This document shows, piece after piece, positions 44,303 through 54,765 of a stretch of DNA of 64,000 bases; the stretch's first letter is position 1, and every line of letters starts with the position of its first letter. Both the position numbers and the translations under genes were made by a program. Source of the DNA: Alphaproteobacteria bacterium (lineage in GTDB: Bacteria > Pseudomonadota > Alphaproteobacteria > UBA828); assembly GCA_965214705.1 (NCBI GenBank), contig OZ243972.1, forward strand, positions 928,001-992,000. The letters run 5' to 3'. The notes under the pieces are model-generated. The model was not told where the DNA came from, ran no database searches, and was given only the letters and a program-made list of their open reading frames with translations.

Positions 44303-44397
44303 AGCGGCCGACCGGCCCTCCGTTCGGCAAGATTTGTCACAGATTTGTCTCCGCTGGCTGCCTTGCTCCGTTCTGGGCGGAGCGGCATAGTGCGCTC

Positions 44398-44979
44398 ATG
44401 GAATGGCGCCATGCAGCAGAAAGGGGAGCGCACCCGGAGGCAGAAGAGCCGCCGGTCCGCGTGTGCGAGCATCCCGACTGCGACCGTGAGGCCGACCACC
44501 GCGCCCCGCGGGCGCCCCACGATCTCCGCTCCTGGCGCTGGTTCTGCCTCGACCACGTGCGCGACTACAACCGCTCGTGGAACTTCTTTGCGGGCTGGAG
44601 CCAGCACGACATCGAGCGCTTTCAGCACGACGACGTAACCGGGCACCGCCCCACCTGGCCATTCTGCCAGGGCCCAGGCGGGCGCGGGCGGGAAGACCTG
44701 GAGGCGGCGTTCCGCGCCTTCTCGCGCGAATGGCTGAACGGCGAGGAAGCCCCAAATGGAAGAAGGCGGACGGGCGCGGAAACGATCTCCGAGGCCAGAC
44801 TCGAAGCGCTCGCGCTCTTCGACCTCGCGCCGCCCTTCGACCTCGACGCGCTCAAGCGGCGCTACAAGTCCCTGGTCAAGCGGCACCATCCCGATGCCAA
44901 CGGGGGCTCGCGCGAATCCGAGGAGCTTTTGAAACACATCAATCACGCCTATAACTACCTGAAGAAGGAGTGCTCATAG
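44398..44979 (+). CDS. J-domain (DnaJ-like) protein with N-terminal Cys motif
   Basis: CEHPDC, WFCLDHVRDYNRSWNFF, HRPTW, C-terminal HHPDANGG; upstream of cobS. Confidence 0.85.
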   Translation: MEWRHAAERGAHPEAEEPPVRVCEHPDCDREADHRAPRAPHDLRSWRWFCLDHVRDYNRSWNFFAGWSQHDIERFQHDDVTGHRPTWPFCQGPGGRGREDLEAAFRAFSREWLNGEEAPNGRRRTGAETISEARLEALALFDLAPPFDLDALKRRYKSLVKRHHPDANGGSRESEELLKHINHAYNYLKKECS

Positions 44980-45055
44980 ACGAAGGCGTTGTTGATCGGA
45001 TTGGCGCAGGAGTGGCCGCCGATGGCGGCCTTATTCGTGCGGAGGGAAGCGCGCA

Positions 45056-46057
45056 ATGCAAACTAGTGAGGTGGGGACGGCTGTCACCAATGACGGAGTG
45101 CCGGATATCCAGGTTTCCGTCAGCCAGACTTTCGGCATCGATACCGACATGGAGGTTCCGGCGTTTTCGGAGCCCACGGACCATGTGCCAGATATCGACA
45201 CCGCGTATCACTTCGACCGCGACACCACGCTGACCATTCTCGCAGGCTTCGCACACAACCGCCGGGTGATGATCCAGGGCTATCACGGCACCGGAAAATC
45301 CACCCACATCGAGCAAGTGGCAGCGCGGCTCAACTGGCCCTGCATTCGCATCAACCTCGACAGCCACATCAGCCGCATCGACCTGATCGGCAAAGACGCT
45401 ATCGTGATTCGCGACGGGGTACAGGTGACCGAGTTTCGCGAAGGCCTGCTGCCCTGGGCGCTGCAACACCCGACGGCGCTGGTCTTCGACGAGTACGACG
45501 CCGGCCGGCCGGACGTGATGTTCGTGATCCAGCGCATCCTCGAGGTCGACGGCAAACTCACCCTGCTCGACCAAAACCGGGTGGTGCGGCCGCATCCCGC
45601 CTTCCGCATCTTCTCCACCACCAACACCGTCGGCCTCGGCGATACGACGGGCCTCTATCACGGCACGCAGCAGATCAACCAGGGCCAAATGGACCGCTGG
45701 AACCTGGTCGCGACGCTGAACTACCTCCCCCACGACGATGAGGTGAAGATCGTGCTGTCGAAGGTGCCTTCCTACGAGAAGGAGGAGAAGCTCAAGCTGA
45801 TCCACGCGATGGTGGAGGTGGCGGCGCTTTCCCGATCAGGCTTCATGGCCGGCGACGTCTCCACCGTCATGTCGCCGCGCACGGTCATCCACTGGGCCGA
45901 GAACGCCGAGATCTTCGGCGACGTGGGCTACGCCTTCCGCACGACTTTCGTGAACAAGTGCGATGAGATGGAGCGGCCGATCATCGCCGAGTACTTCCAG
46001 CGCTGCCTCGGCATGGAGCTTCCGGAGTCGTCGGCGCCGCTGCAGCCGACCGCCTGA
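45056..46057 (+). CDS. cobS: Cobaltochelatase subunit CobS (AAA+)
   Basis: GYHGTGKSTHIEQVAARLNWP, DEYDAGRPDVMFVIQR, GLYHGTQQINQGQMDRW. Confidence 0.95.
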   Translation: MQTSEVGTAVTNDGVPDIQVSVSQTFGIDTDMEVPAFSEPTDHVPDIDTAYHFDRDTTLTILAGFAHNRRVMIQGYHGTGKSTHIEQVAARLNWPCIRINLDSHISRIDLIGKDAIVIRDGVQVTEFREGLLPWALQHPTALVFDEYDAGRPDVMFVIQRILEVDGKLTLLDQNRVVRPHPAFRIFSTTNTVGLGDTTGLYHGTQQINQGQMDRWNLVATLNYLPHDDEVKIVLSKVPSYEKEEKLKLIHAMVEVAALSRSGFMAGDVSTVMSPRTVIHWAENAEIFGDVGYAFRTTFVNKCDEMERPIIAEYFQRCLGMELPESSAPLQPTA

Positions 46058-46072
46058 GCCGGAGCACGCCGC

Positions 46073-47944
46073 GTGGCCCAGGAGGAAACCCCCGTCGAGA
46101 CCTTCCAGCGCGCCGTCGGCTCGGCGCTGCGGGCCATTGCGGGCGAGGGGGGCGAGGAACTTCAGGTTTCCTTCGGCGCGGATCAGCCGCAAGTCGCGGG
46201 CGATCAGGTTCAGCTTCCCTTCCCCGCGCGCGATCTCAACGCGCTCGACGTGGAACTGGTGCGCGGCTCGGCCGATGCGCTGGCGCTTCGGCTCCGCTAT
46301 CACGACCAGGGCGCCCATGTGCGCGAGCAGCCGCGCGGCAAAACGGCGCGGGCGATCTACGACGCGATCGAGCAGACACGGGTCGAGGCACTAGGCGCCG
46401 GCCGACTGGCCGGGGTGGCGGCCAACCTCGATTCAGCGCTGGAGCAGCGCTGCCGGCGCAAGGGCTACGACCACTGCACGGCGCCGGAAGAGGTGCCGGT
46501 CGCCGAAGCGCTCGCCATGATCATGCGCGAGAAGCTCACCGGCCGGCACCTGCCGCAGTCGGCGCGCCATATGGCCGACCTTTGGCGCCCCTGGTTCGAG
46601 ACCAAGGGCGCCCGGCACACGACGCAGCTCGTGCGCGCAATTCACGACCAGGAGCAATTTTCCACTCTGTCCCGCCGCCTTATCAAGGAGCTGGATCTTC
46701 CCGACGAGGACGCCGAAGACCCGGACGACGCCGAGGACCAGTCGAGCCCCGAGCAGACCGACGACGACGACGCGAGCCAGCCCAGCGACGCGGAGCGCGG
46801 CGACGAGATGGATGCGGACAGCGACCGGGAGGCGGATGTCGACGCGGACGCGGATGCCGAGGCGCAGGAGGCATCCGACGAAGACGCCGACGCCTCCATG
46901 AGCGAGGGCGAGGACGACGAGGAGGCTGGCCGCCGGCGCCTGCAGCCGGGAGGGGGACCGGGCGCCAAGGAGCCGCCCTACAAGGCGTACACCACACAGT
47001 TCGACGAGGTCATCAACGCCTCGGAGCTTTGCGATGCCGAGGAGCTGGCCCGGCTGCGCACCCAGCTCGACCAGCAACTCTCCCAACTGCACGGGGTCAT
47101 CAGCCGGCTCGCGAACCGGCTGCAGCGGCGCCTGCTCGCACGCCAGACCCGGTCGTGGGAGTTCGACCTCGAAGAGGGCCTGCTGGATACGGCGCGGCTC
47201 TCCCGCGTCGTCACCAACCCGCTCCATCCGCTCTCCTACAAGATGGAGAAGGAGACCTCTTTCCGGGACACGGTGGTGACTCTGCTCATCGACAATTCGG
47301 GCTCCATGCGCGGGCGGCCGATCATGGTGGCCGCCATGAGCGGCGACATCCTGGCGCGGACGCTGGAACGCTGCGGCGTTAAGGTAGAGATCCTGGGCTT
47401 TACCACGCGCGCCTGGAAAGGCGGCCAGTCGCGCGAGCGCTGGCTGGCGGAAGGACGCTCGCGCAATCCGGGGCGCCTCAACGACCTCCGCCACATCATC
47501 TACAAGAACGCCGACGAGCCCTGGCGCCGGGCGCGGAAGAGCCTCGGCCTCATGCTGCGCGAGGGCCTGCTCAAGGAGAACATCGACGGCGAGGCGCTGC
47601 TCTGGGCCCACGAGCGCCTGCTCGGCCGGTCCGAGGAGCGACGCATTCTGATGGTGATCTCCGACGGCGCGCCGGTCGACGACAGCACGCTCTCGGTCAA
47701 CGCACGCAACTATCTGGAGCGCCACCTGCGCTCGGTCATCGACTGGGTCGAGACCTTCTCGCCGGTCCAATTGCTTGCCATCGGCATCGGGCACGACGTG
47801 ACGCGCTACTACCGCCGCGCCGTCACGCTTACCGATGCGGAGCAGCTCGGCGGCACCATGACCGAAAAACTCGCCGAGCTCTTCGACGAGCAGCCGCGCG
47901 ACGAGCGCGCCTTCGAAACCCGCCCGCGCCTCAGAAGCGCCTAG
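46073..47944 (+). CDS. cobT: Cobaltochelatase subunit CobT
   Basis: Acidic linker, WEFDLEEG, v[39 protein letters not shown]. Confidence 0.95.
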   Translation: MAQEETPVETFQRAVGSALRAIAGEGGEELQVSFGADQPQVAGDQVQLPFPARDLNALDVELVRGSADALALRLRYHDQGAHVREQPRGKTARAIYDAIEQTRVEALGAGRLAGVAANLDSALEQRCRRKGYDHCTAPEEVPVAEALAMIMREKLTGRHLPQSARHMADLWRPWFETKGARHTTQLVRAIHDQEQFSTLSRRLIKELDLPDEDAEDPDDAEDQSSPEQTDDDDASQPSDAERGDEMDADSDREADVDADADAEAQEASDEDADASMSEGEDDEEAGRRRLQPGGGPGAKEPPYKAYTTQFDEVINASELCDAEELARLRTQLDQQLSQLHGVISRLANRLQRRLLARQTRSWEFDLEEGLLDTARLSRVVTNPLHPLSYKMEKETSFRDTVVTLLIDNSGSMRGRPIMVAAMSGDILARTLERCGVKVEILGFTTRAWKGGQSRERWLAEGRSRNPGRLNDLRHIIYKNADEPWRRARKSLGLMLREGLLKENIDGEALLWAHERLLGRSEERRILMVISDGAPVDDSTLSVNARNYLERHLRSVIDWVETFSPVQLLAIGIGHDVTRYYRRAVTLTDAEQLGGTMTEKLAELFDEQPRDERAFETRPRLRSA

Positions 47945-47956
47945 CCGCCGTCCTTC

Positions 47957-48721
47957 TCACATGAGGTGGGCCGCGAAGAAGTCCAGGGTGCGCTGCCAGG
48001 ACAGCGCGGCGTCCTCCTCGTCGTAGCGGGCGCTGGTCGGGTTGGCGAAGCCGTGATCGGCCTCGTACCAGTGGTTCTCGGCGCTCTTGCCGGCTGCCGC
48101 CATCTCCGCCTCGAAGCCGTCTACCATCTCCTGGTTGATCCACCTGTCACGGGTGGCGAAGTGACCCAGCACCGGCCCAGCCAAGGAAGCGAGCTGCTCC
48201 CGCGTCCTCTTCACGTTGCCGTAGTAGACGATGGTGGCGTCGACCGGCGCCGCAAGCGAGGCATTGAGCGACCAGCGGCCGCCGAAGCACCAGCCCACGG
48301 TGCCGACTTTGCCGCTGCCGCTCTCGTGGTTCCGGAGCCAGTCGATCCATGAAGCGCAGGTGTCGGTGGCGGCCTGCGGCCGGACCCCCGTCGCCAGCTC
48401 CCGCGCCACGGCAGGATCGGCGGTGACGTTGCCGTCGTAGAGGTCGATGGCGAGCGCCAGATAGCCGGCGTCCGCCAGCGCGGCGGCGACCGACTTGATC
48501 TGATCGTTTAGCCCCCACCACTCGTGCACCAGCATGACGGCCGGCGCCGGCAGCGCGGCGGAGACGCCGAGTGCCGCCGAGACGGAGCGGCCGCCGGCGG
48601 TGGTGATGGTGACGGTCTCAAGGCTGTCGGCGGCGGCGCGGGCAAGCCGCCGGTCGGCGAGGACTGCCGCGAGCGGCAGCCCGGCGAGGCCGATGAGGAG
48701 GTCACGTCTTGCGAGTCCCAT
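47957..48721 (-). CDS. Dienelactone hydrolase family protein, Tat signal
   Basis: ARRDLL twin-arginine, HEWWGLN, GWCFGG nucleophile, ADHGFANP. Confidence 0.88.
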   Translation of the reverse strand: MGLARRDLLIGLAGLPLAAVLADRRLARAAADSLETVTITTAGGRSVSAALGVSAALPAPAVMLVHEWWGLNDQIKSVAAALADAGYLALAIDLYDGNVTADPAVARELATGVRPQAATDTCASWIDWLRNHESGSGKVGTVGWCFGGRWSLNASLAAPVDATIVYYGNVKRTREQLASLAGPVLGHFATRDRWINQEMVDGFEAEMAAAGKSAENHWYEADHGFANPTSARYDEEDAALSWQRTLDFFAAHLM

Positions 48722-48864
48722 GGCGCGTCGTCCTCCGTTGCGATGTGAGAGCGATCATGGTCGGGCGCGCGCGGCTCCGACGCAAGGCGTTATCGGGACG
48801 GGCCCCTCGCTTTCTCCGCCGGACCGCTCCCTGTATCCTCGCGCGGCTTCAGCGGAGGAGGACC

Positions 48865-50592
48865 ATGGCGAGCACGATCCAGGCGCGAAAGACCAGACGT
48901 CGGCAATGGGCCGGCGCAGATCCCGCGCAGCGGCGGGACCTGGCGAACCGCGCCTACACCGGCGGGGATGCGCTGGTCGCGACCCTTCTCGAACACGGCG
49001 TCGATACCGCGTTCGGCGTGCCGGGCGAGAGCTACCTCGCCGTGCTGGAGGCGCTGCGGGCGGTGCAGGAGCGGCTGCACTTCGTCATTACGCGCCACGA
49101 ATCCGGCGCCACCTTCGCCGCCTGCGCCTACGCCCGACTGGCGCGCAAGCCGGGCGTCGCCTTCGTGACTCGCGGGCCCGGCGCCACCAATGGGTCCATC
49201 GGCATCCACACCGCGCGCCAGGATTCGGTGCCGCTCGTGCTCTTCATCGGCCAGGTCCCGTCGGATCAGCGGGGCCGCGAGTCTTTTCAGGAGATCGATT
49301 ACCACCGCATGCTGGGGCCGATGACCAAGGCGGTGTTCGAGCCCCACACGCCACACGAGGTTGCCGCAGCAGCGGCGGAAGCCTTCGCCATTGCCGTCGA
49401 CGGCAGGCCAGGGCCGGTCGCGGTGGCGCTGCCCGAGGACGTGACCGAAGGCGAGACCGACGATACACCGGTGCCGCAGCCCCGCGCGCGCCGCGCCGTG
49501 CTGCCAGCGCCGGACGACATCCGCGCTATCGCCGAGCGGATCGCGCAAGCCGAGCGTCCCGTCGCGATCGCTGGGGAGATGGTGGGGTTCGAAGGCGCCA
49601 ACGAGGCGCTGGCCAAATTCGCCGAGGCCCATGGCGTGGGTGTGTTCAGCTCATTCCGCCAGCAGGGGGTGGTGCCGTGCGCGCATCCTGCCTTTCTGGG
49701 GACGCTCGGGCTTGCGCTTCCGCCTTATCAGGAGGCCCTGCTGGCCGAGGCGGACCTCGTGCTCGCACTCGGCACCCGGCTCGACCTCGCCACGACGGTC
49801 GATGACCGCGTGATCCACGAGGCCCGTTTCGTGATCCACGTCTATCCGGACGCGGACGCGCTGGCCGCCGCCGGAGCCGGCCTGCAGGTCTGCTCGGATA
49901 TCGCGCCCGTGCTGGACGGCCTCGTCGCTGCCGCGCCGGAAGCTCCGCCTGCCTCCCGCAGCGCCTGGCGCGCGGCGCAGCGTTCGGTGTTCGACGGGTT
50001 CCGACGGGAGTCCGCCGGGTCCGCACTCGGCACGGTCGATCTCGCCGCCGTGGTCCAGACCCTCGCCGAGCGGGTGCCGCAGGACGCCACCATCGTCAAC
50101 GACGCCGGTAACTTTGCAACCTGGCTGCTGCGCCACTTCCCCTACGAGCATCCGCTGGCCCAGGCCGCACCGTCGGTCGGCGCGATGGGTTACGGCGTGC
50201 CCGGCGCCATTGGCGCCCAGCTTGCAAGGCCCGGCAAGCGGGTGGTGGCGCTGGCCGGCGACGGCGGTTTCGGCATGACTGGGCAGGAGCTGATCACGGC
50301 GGTCGGCAATCGGCTCCCGATCGTCGTGCTGGTCTGCGACAACGGCATCTACGGCACCATCGCCATGCACCAGTACAACCGCTACGGAGCCGATGCGACC
50401 TATGGCGTCGCCCTCCACAGCCCCGATTTCGCGGCCGCCGCGCGCGCCTGGGGCGCGGACGCCTGGACGGTCGAGACCACCGAGGCTTTCGCGCCGGCCC
50501 TGGAGGGGGCGCTGGCCGCCGAAGGCCCGGCGCTGATCCACCTCAAGACCGACATACGCGACCTCGCGGCCTCGGGCGCCAAGATGCAGTGA
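48865..50592 (+). CDS. Thiamine pyrophosphate-dependent enzyme (acetolactate synthase large subunit-like)
   Basis: FGVPGESYL, RHESGA, TRGPGATN, ESFQEID, GDGG...N ThDP motif; GGAGGAGG SD. Confidence 0.88.
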   Translation: MASTIQARKTRRRQWAGADPAQRRDLANRAYTGGDALVATLLEHGVDTAFGVPGESYLAVLEALRAVQERLHFVITRHESGATFAACAYARLARKPGVAFVTRGPGATNGSIGIHTARQDSVPLVLFIGQVPSDQRGRESFQEIDYHRMLGPMTKAVFEPHTPHEVAAAAAEAFAIAVDGRPGPVAVALPEDVTEGETDDTPVPQPRARRAVLPAPDDIRAIAERIAQAERPVAIAGEMVGFEGANEALAKFAEAHGVGVFSSFRQQGVVPCAHPAFLGTLGLALPPYQEALLAEADLVLALGTRLDLATTVDDRVIHEARFVIHVYPDADALAAAGAGLQVCSDIAPVLDGLVAAAPEAPPASRSAWRAAQRSVFDGFRRESAGSALGTVDLAAVVQTLAERVPQDATIVNDAGNFATWLLRHFPYEHPLAQAAPSVGAMGYGVPGAIGAQLARPGKRVVALAGDGGFGMTGQELITAVGNRLPIVVLVCDNGIYGTIAMHQYNRYGADATYGVALHSPDFAAAARAWGADAWTVETTEAFAPALEGALAAEGPALIHLKTDIRDLAASGAKMQ

Positions 50593-50594
50593 CC

Positions 50595-51818
50595 ATGGCC
50601 GCCGGCCACGACGAGACGGACGACGCGACCGAAGATGGCGAGGATAGCCCGGCGACCGAGGGGGCGCCGGTCGAAGCCCATGTTCTAAGCTCCATCACGC
50701 AGGTGGATGCGGACGCCTGGGATCGCTGCGCCGGCCCCGACAACCCCTTCGTGCGCCACGCCTTCCTGTCCGCGCTGGAAGAGAGCGGCTCGAGCACGGG
50801 CGAGACCGGCTGGCAACCCCGGCACATCGTTCTCAAGACCCCGCAAGGCGCCGTCCTCGGCGCCGTCCCGATGTATCTCAAGAACCATTCCTACGGCGAG
50901 TACGTCTTCGACCACGGCTGGGCTGACGCGTTCGAGCGGGCCGGCGGGCGCTACTACCCCAAGCTCCAGGTCTCGGTTCCGTTCACGCCGGTGACAGGGC
51001 CGCGCCTGCTAACCCCGCCGGGACCGGGCGCGGAAGCGGTGCGGACGGCGCTGCTTTCCACCTGCGTCGGCATTTGCGACCAGATCGGCGTGTCTTCGGT
51101 GCACATCACCTTCCCCACCGAGGACGAGTTCGACCTGATGGGCGAGGCCGGGCTCCTGCAACGGACGGGCATCCAGTTCCACTGGCTCAACGAGGGCTAT
51201 GGGAGCTTCGACGACTTCCTCGCGAGCCTCGCCTCGCGCAAGCGCAAGCAGATCCGCAAGGAGCGGCAGGCAGTGGCAGACTCCGGCCTCACGATCATGG
51301 CGCTGACGGGCGACGAGATCGAGGAGCGTCACTGGGACGCCTTCTTCGCCTTCTACCAGGCGACCGGCAGCCGCAAGTGGGGGGTGCCCTACCTCACGCG
51401 CGAATTCTTCAGCCTGCTGGGCGAGCGGATGTCCGACGCGGTGGTGCTGGTGATGGTGGAGCGCGAGGGCCGCCCCATCGCGGGCGCACTCAATCTGGCG
51501 GGCTCGGATGCGCTCTACGGCCGCAACTGGGGCTGTGTCGAGGAGCACCGCTTCCTGCACTTCGAGGCCTGCTACTACCGCGCCATCGACTACGCCATCG
51601 CCCACGGGCTCAAGCGGGTCGAGGCCGGCGCCCAAGGGCCGCACAAGCTTGCGCGCGGCTACCTGCCGGTGCCCACCTATTCCGCGCACTGGGTCGCCAA
51701 CGAGAGCCTGCGCGATGCGGTCGCCCACTACCTCGATCACGAGACCCGGGAGATCGACCGCGAGATCGCCGTGCTGGAGCGGCACGGCCCCTTCCGCCAG
51801 AGCGACGACGCGGCCTGA
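50595..51818 (+). CDS. GNAT / FemAB-like (DUF482) family protein
   Basis: HSYGEYVFDHGWA, PFTPVTGPR, RKRKQIRKER, LHFEACYY, EAGAQGPHKLARGY. Confidence 0.85.
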   Translation: MAAGHDETDDATEDGEDSPATEGAPVEAHVLSSITQVDADAWDRCAGPDNPFVRHAFLSALEESGSSTGETGWQPRHIVLKTPQGAVLGAVPMYLKNHSYGEYVFDHGWADAFERAGGRYYPKLQVSVPFTPVTGPRLLTPPGPGAEAVRTALLSTCVGICDQIGVSSVHITFPTEDEFDLMGEAGLLQRTGIQFHWLNEGYGSFDDFLASLASRKRKQIRKERQAVADSGLTIMALTGDEIEERHWDAFFAFYQATGSRKWGVPYLTREFFSLLGERMSDAVVLVMVEREGRPIAGALNLAGSDALYGRNWGCVEEHRFLHFEACYYRAIDYAIAHGLKRVEAGAQGPHKLARGYLPVPTYSAHWVANESLRDAVAHYLDHETREIDREIAVLERHGPFRQSDDAA

Positions 51819-51903
51819 GCGGGGGCGCCGCATCGCTTGCGCGCGGCACCGCTCAGCCCCAAGATCGCCCGCGCAATAACCGCCGCGCCTGAGGAGAAAC
51901 CGG

Positions 51904-53253
51904 ATGGACGCCCCCAATCTCGACGCGCTGACCCGCGACGCGCTCGACTACTACCTGTTCCCGCTCGCGACCAAGCAGGACATGCGCACGGACGGTCCGA
52001 TGATCTTCTCCAGCGCCGAAGGGATGGAGATCACCGACGCAGGCGGCAAGACCTACCTCGACATGATGAGCACCCAGACCAGGGCGAGCTCGCTCGGCTA
52101 CGGGCAGGAGCGCATCGCGCGTGCGATTTACGACCAGCTGATGTCGCTCCACTACGCCGGCACCTTCGCCAATGTCGCCGACACGACCATCCGGCTCTCG
52201 GCCAAAATCGCCGATCTCGCGCCCGGCTCGCTGACCGCGACGGTGTTCGCCGGCAGCGGGTCGGAGGCGAACGAAATGTCGATCAAGCTCGCCAAGCAGT
52301 ATCACGCGGCCAAGGGCGACAAGCCGCGCGCGCACAAGATCATCTCGCGCTGGGACTCCTATCACGGCGCCACCATGGGCGTGATCGGCAGCACCGACTA
52401 TCTCGGCACCCGCGCCATCACCGAGCCCGGCGTGCCCGGCTTCAGCCGTATCCCGGCGCCGAACCTCTACCGCACGCCCTTCGGCATGGACCCCTCCGAA
52501 GTCTGCGATTTCTGCGTCGACTACCTGGAGCAGCACATCGTCCACGAGGGGCCGGAGACGGTGGCGGCCTTCATCGCTGAGCCGGTGATGCAAGGCGACG
52601 GCGTGCAGGTGCCGCCCGACGACTATTTCCCTCGCGTGCGGGAGGTCTGCGACAAGTACGACGTGCTGCTGATCGGCGACGAGGTGATCTGCGGCTTCGG
52701 CCGCACCGGGCGCTGGTTCGCGCTGGAGCATTGGGGCGTCGAGTGCGACATCATGAGCACGGCGAAGGCGATCACCGCAGGCTACTTCCCGCTCGGTGCG
52801 TCGACGGCGAGCCGCAAGGTGGCCGACGCGCTCCCGGTGTTCACCCACGTGCAGACCTACAACGGCCACCCCGGCGCCTGCGCTGCGGCGCTCGCCACCA
52901 TCGACATTCTGGAGAGCGACAACCTGATCGAGCGCGGGGCCGAGACCGGCGCTTACTTCCTCGACCGGATGCAGCGGCTGCTCGAGCTCCCCATCGTCGG
53001 CGACGTGCGCGGGCTCGGCATGTGGACCTGCATCGACTTCACCTGCGACAAGAAGACCAAGGCGCCGTTCACCGACGACACGGTGAAGGCGATTACGCGG
53101 CGCATGGCCGATCTCGGCGTGCTCGGCGGCGAGGAGGGCACGGCGATCGAGTTCGGGCCGGCGCTCATCGCGACGCGAGAGATGGTGGATCGCTGCGTCG
53201 ATGTGGCGGAGCAGGCGATCCGTGAGGTGATGGCGGACCGCAACCTCGGCTGA
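51904..53253 (+). CDS. Class III PLP-dependent aminotransferase
   Basis: SGSEANE, YHGAT, FIAEPV, DEVICGFGRTG, TAKAIT (PLP lysine). Confidence 0.9.
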   Translation: MDAPNLDALTRDALDYYLFPLATKQDMRTDGPMIFSSAEGMEITDAGGKTYLDMMSTQTRASSLGYGQERIARAIYDQLMSLHYAGTFANVADTTIRLSAKIADLAPGSLTATVFAGSGSEANEMSIKLAKQYHAAKGDKPRAHKIISRWDSYHGATMGVIGSTDYLGTRAITEPGVPGFSRIPAPNLYRTPFGMDPSEVCDFCVDYLEQHIVHEGPETVAAFIAEPVMQGDGVQVPPDDYFPRVREVCDKYDVLLIGDEVICGFGRTGRWFALEHWGVECDIMSTAKAITAGYFPLGASTASRKVADALPVFTHVQTYNGHPGACAAALATIDILESDNLIERGAETGAYFLDRMQRLLELPIVGDVRGLGMWTCIDFTCDKKTKAPFTDDTVKAITRRMADLGVLGGEEGTAIEFGPALIATREMVDRCVDVAEQAIREVMADRNLG

Positions 53254-53289
53254 CCGAAGCCGGCCCACTGCGGCTTCAAGCCGCGGGGA

Positions 53290-54687
53290 TCAATCCAGGA
53301 TCACGCCGGGGTTGAGGATGCCCGTGGGGTCGAGGGCGCGCTTGAGCGTGCGCATCAGCGCGATCTCTTCCGCCGTGCGCGCGAGCGGCAGGTAGGCGCG
53401 CTTCATCACGCCGATGCCGTGCTCGGCGCTGATGCTGCCCGCACGGCCGTGTACGGCGCCGTAGATCGCGTCGGCCAGCGCGGACTCCATGGCGAGAAAG
53501 TCTTCGTCCGCGAGTCCAGGCTCTTGCGCCATGTTGACGTGAACGTTGCCATCGCCGAGATGGCCGAACAGCACCACCCGCACGCCCGCGAACCCCTCGG
53601 CCAGCGTCTCCATCTCGCCGAGGAAGGCGGGGATCACGCCGGGCGGCACCGTCACGTCGAACTTGTGGGTGAGCCCGCGGCGGCTCACGGCCTCGGTCGG
53701 CGCCTCGCGCACGCGCCAGATCGCCCGCGCCTGCGCCTCCGAGCCCGCGACCACGGCGTCGGCGATCAGCCCGTCGGCCAGCAGGCTCTCCAGCCCGGTG
53801 GCGAAGGCCTCGCCCGCCGCCTCGCCCGATGCGGATTCCTCCTCGATCACGACGAGGCTTTCGTGATCGCCGTCGAGCGGGATGCGCAGCTCCAGGTCTT
53901 CCGCCTTCACGTAGGCCACGGTCTTTCCGTCGATGAACTCCAGCGAAGAGAGGCGAGGGAAGCGCGCCCGCGCCGCCTGCAGCAGGGCGGGTAGGAGTTC
54001 GCGGCGGACGAGCCCGGCGAGCGCGGTCTGAAACGCCTCGGGCGCGGGCTGCACCTGCAGCACGGCGCGGGTGATAACGCCCAGCGTCCCCTCCGAGCCG
54101 ATGAAGACCTGCTTGAGATCGAGGCCGGTGTTGTTCTTCTTCAGGACGTTGAGGCCGCTCACCACGGTGCCGTCGGCGAGCACGACCTCGAGGCCCCGCA
54201 CCTGCTCGCGCATGTGGCCGTAGCGGAGCACCTTCACTCCGCCAGCATTGGTGGCGATCATGCCGCCGATCTGGCATGACCCGCGGCCGCCGAGATCCAC
54301 CGGCATGTCGTAGCCGCGCTCGGCGAGGTAGCCCTGCAGCGTCTCCAGCACGACGCCGGCCTGGACCGTGACGGTGGCCGAGGCCTCGTCGAAGGCTTCG
54401 ATGGCGTTGAGCCGCTCGACGCTCAGCACCACCTCGCCCGCGCGCGGCACGCCGCCGCCGACCATGCCCGTATTGCCGGCCTGTGGCACCACGGGCACGT
54501 CGAGCTCGGTGCAGGCACTGAGCACCGCCGCCATCTCCTCGGTCGAGCGCGGGCGCACCACCAGCGGCGCCGTGCCGACGTACTTGCCGATCCAGTCCCT
54601 GGCGTAGCGGGCCGTGTCGGCGGGGTCATCGAGATAGAGCGCCGGGTCGCCGAGCCTCGCCCGCAGCCTCTCGTGAGGTGCCGTCAT
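53290..54687 (-). CDS. FAD-linked oxidase, D-2-hydroxyacid dehydrogenase-like
   Basis: PQAGNTGMVGG, IGGMIATNAGG, KKNNTGLDLK, GSEGTLG, GHLGDGNVH, ISAEHGIG. Confidence 0.88.
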   Translation of the reverse strand: MTAPHERLRARLGDPALYLDDPADTARYARDWIGKYVGTAPLVVRPRSTEEMAAVLSACTELDVPVVPQAGNTGMVGGGVPRAGEVVLSVERLNAIEAFDEASATVTVQAGVVLETLQGYLAERGYDMPVDLGGRGSCQIGGMIATNAGGVKVLRYGHMREQVRGLEVVLADGTVVSGLNVLKKNNTGLDLKQVFIGSEGTLGVITRAVLQVQPAPEAFQTALAGLVRRELLPALLQAARARFPRLSSLEFIDGKTVAYVKAEDLELRIPLDGDHESLVVIEEESASGEAAGEAFATGLESLLADGLIADAVVAGSEAQARAIWRVREAPTEAVSRRGLTHKFDVTVPPGVIPAFLGEMETLAEGFAGVRVVLFGHLGDGNVHVNMAQEPGLADEDFLAMESALADAIYGAVHGRAGSISAEHGIGVMKRAYLPLARTAEEIALMRTLKRALDPTGILNPGVILD

Positions 54688-54765
54688 CGCGCACTCCGTT
54701 CGGCAGGGGTGCGGTTTTGCGGCACTATGGCGCGCAGGTCAAACGGCGGGGGCGGAGTGGAACGG

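Noticed and set aside
46700-46925. Asp/Glu-rich repeat-like stretch in cobT
   Set aside because: Known acidic linker of CobT proteins
53256-53284. GAAGCCG/CGGCTTC hairpins resembling the inner part of the IS91-element IR
   Set aside because: Only about 8-nt GC-rich similarity; better explained as a hairpin between convergent genes
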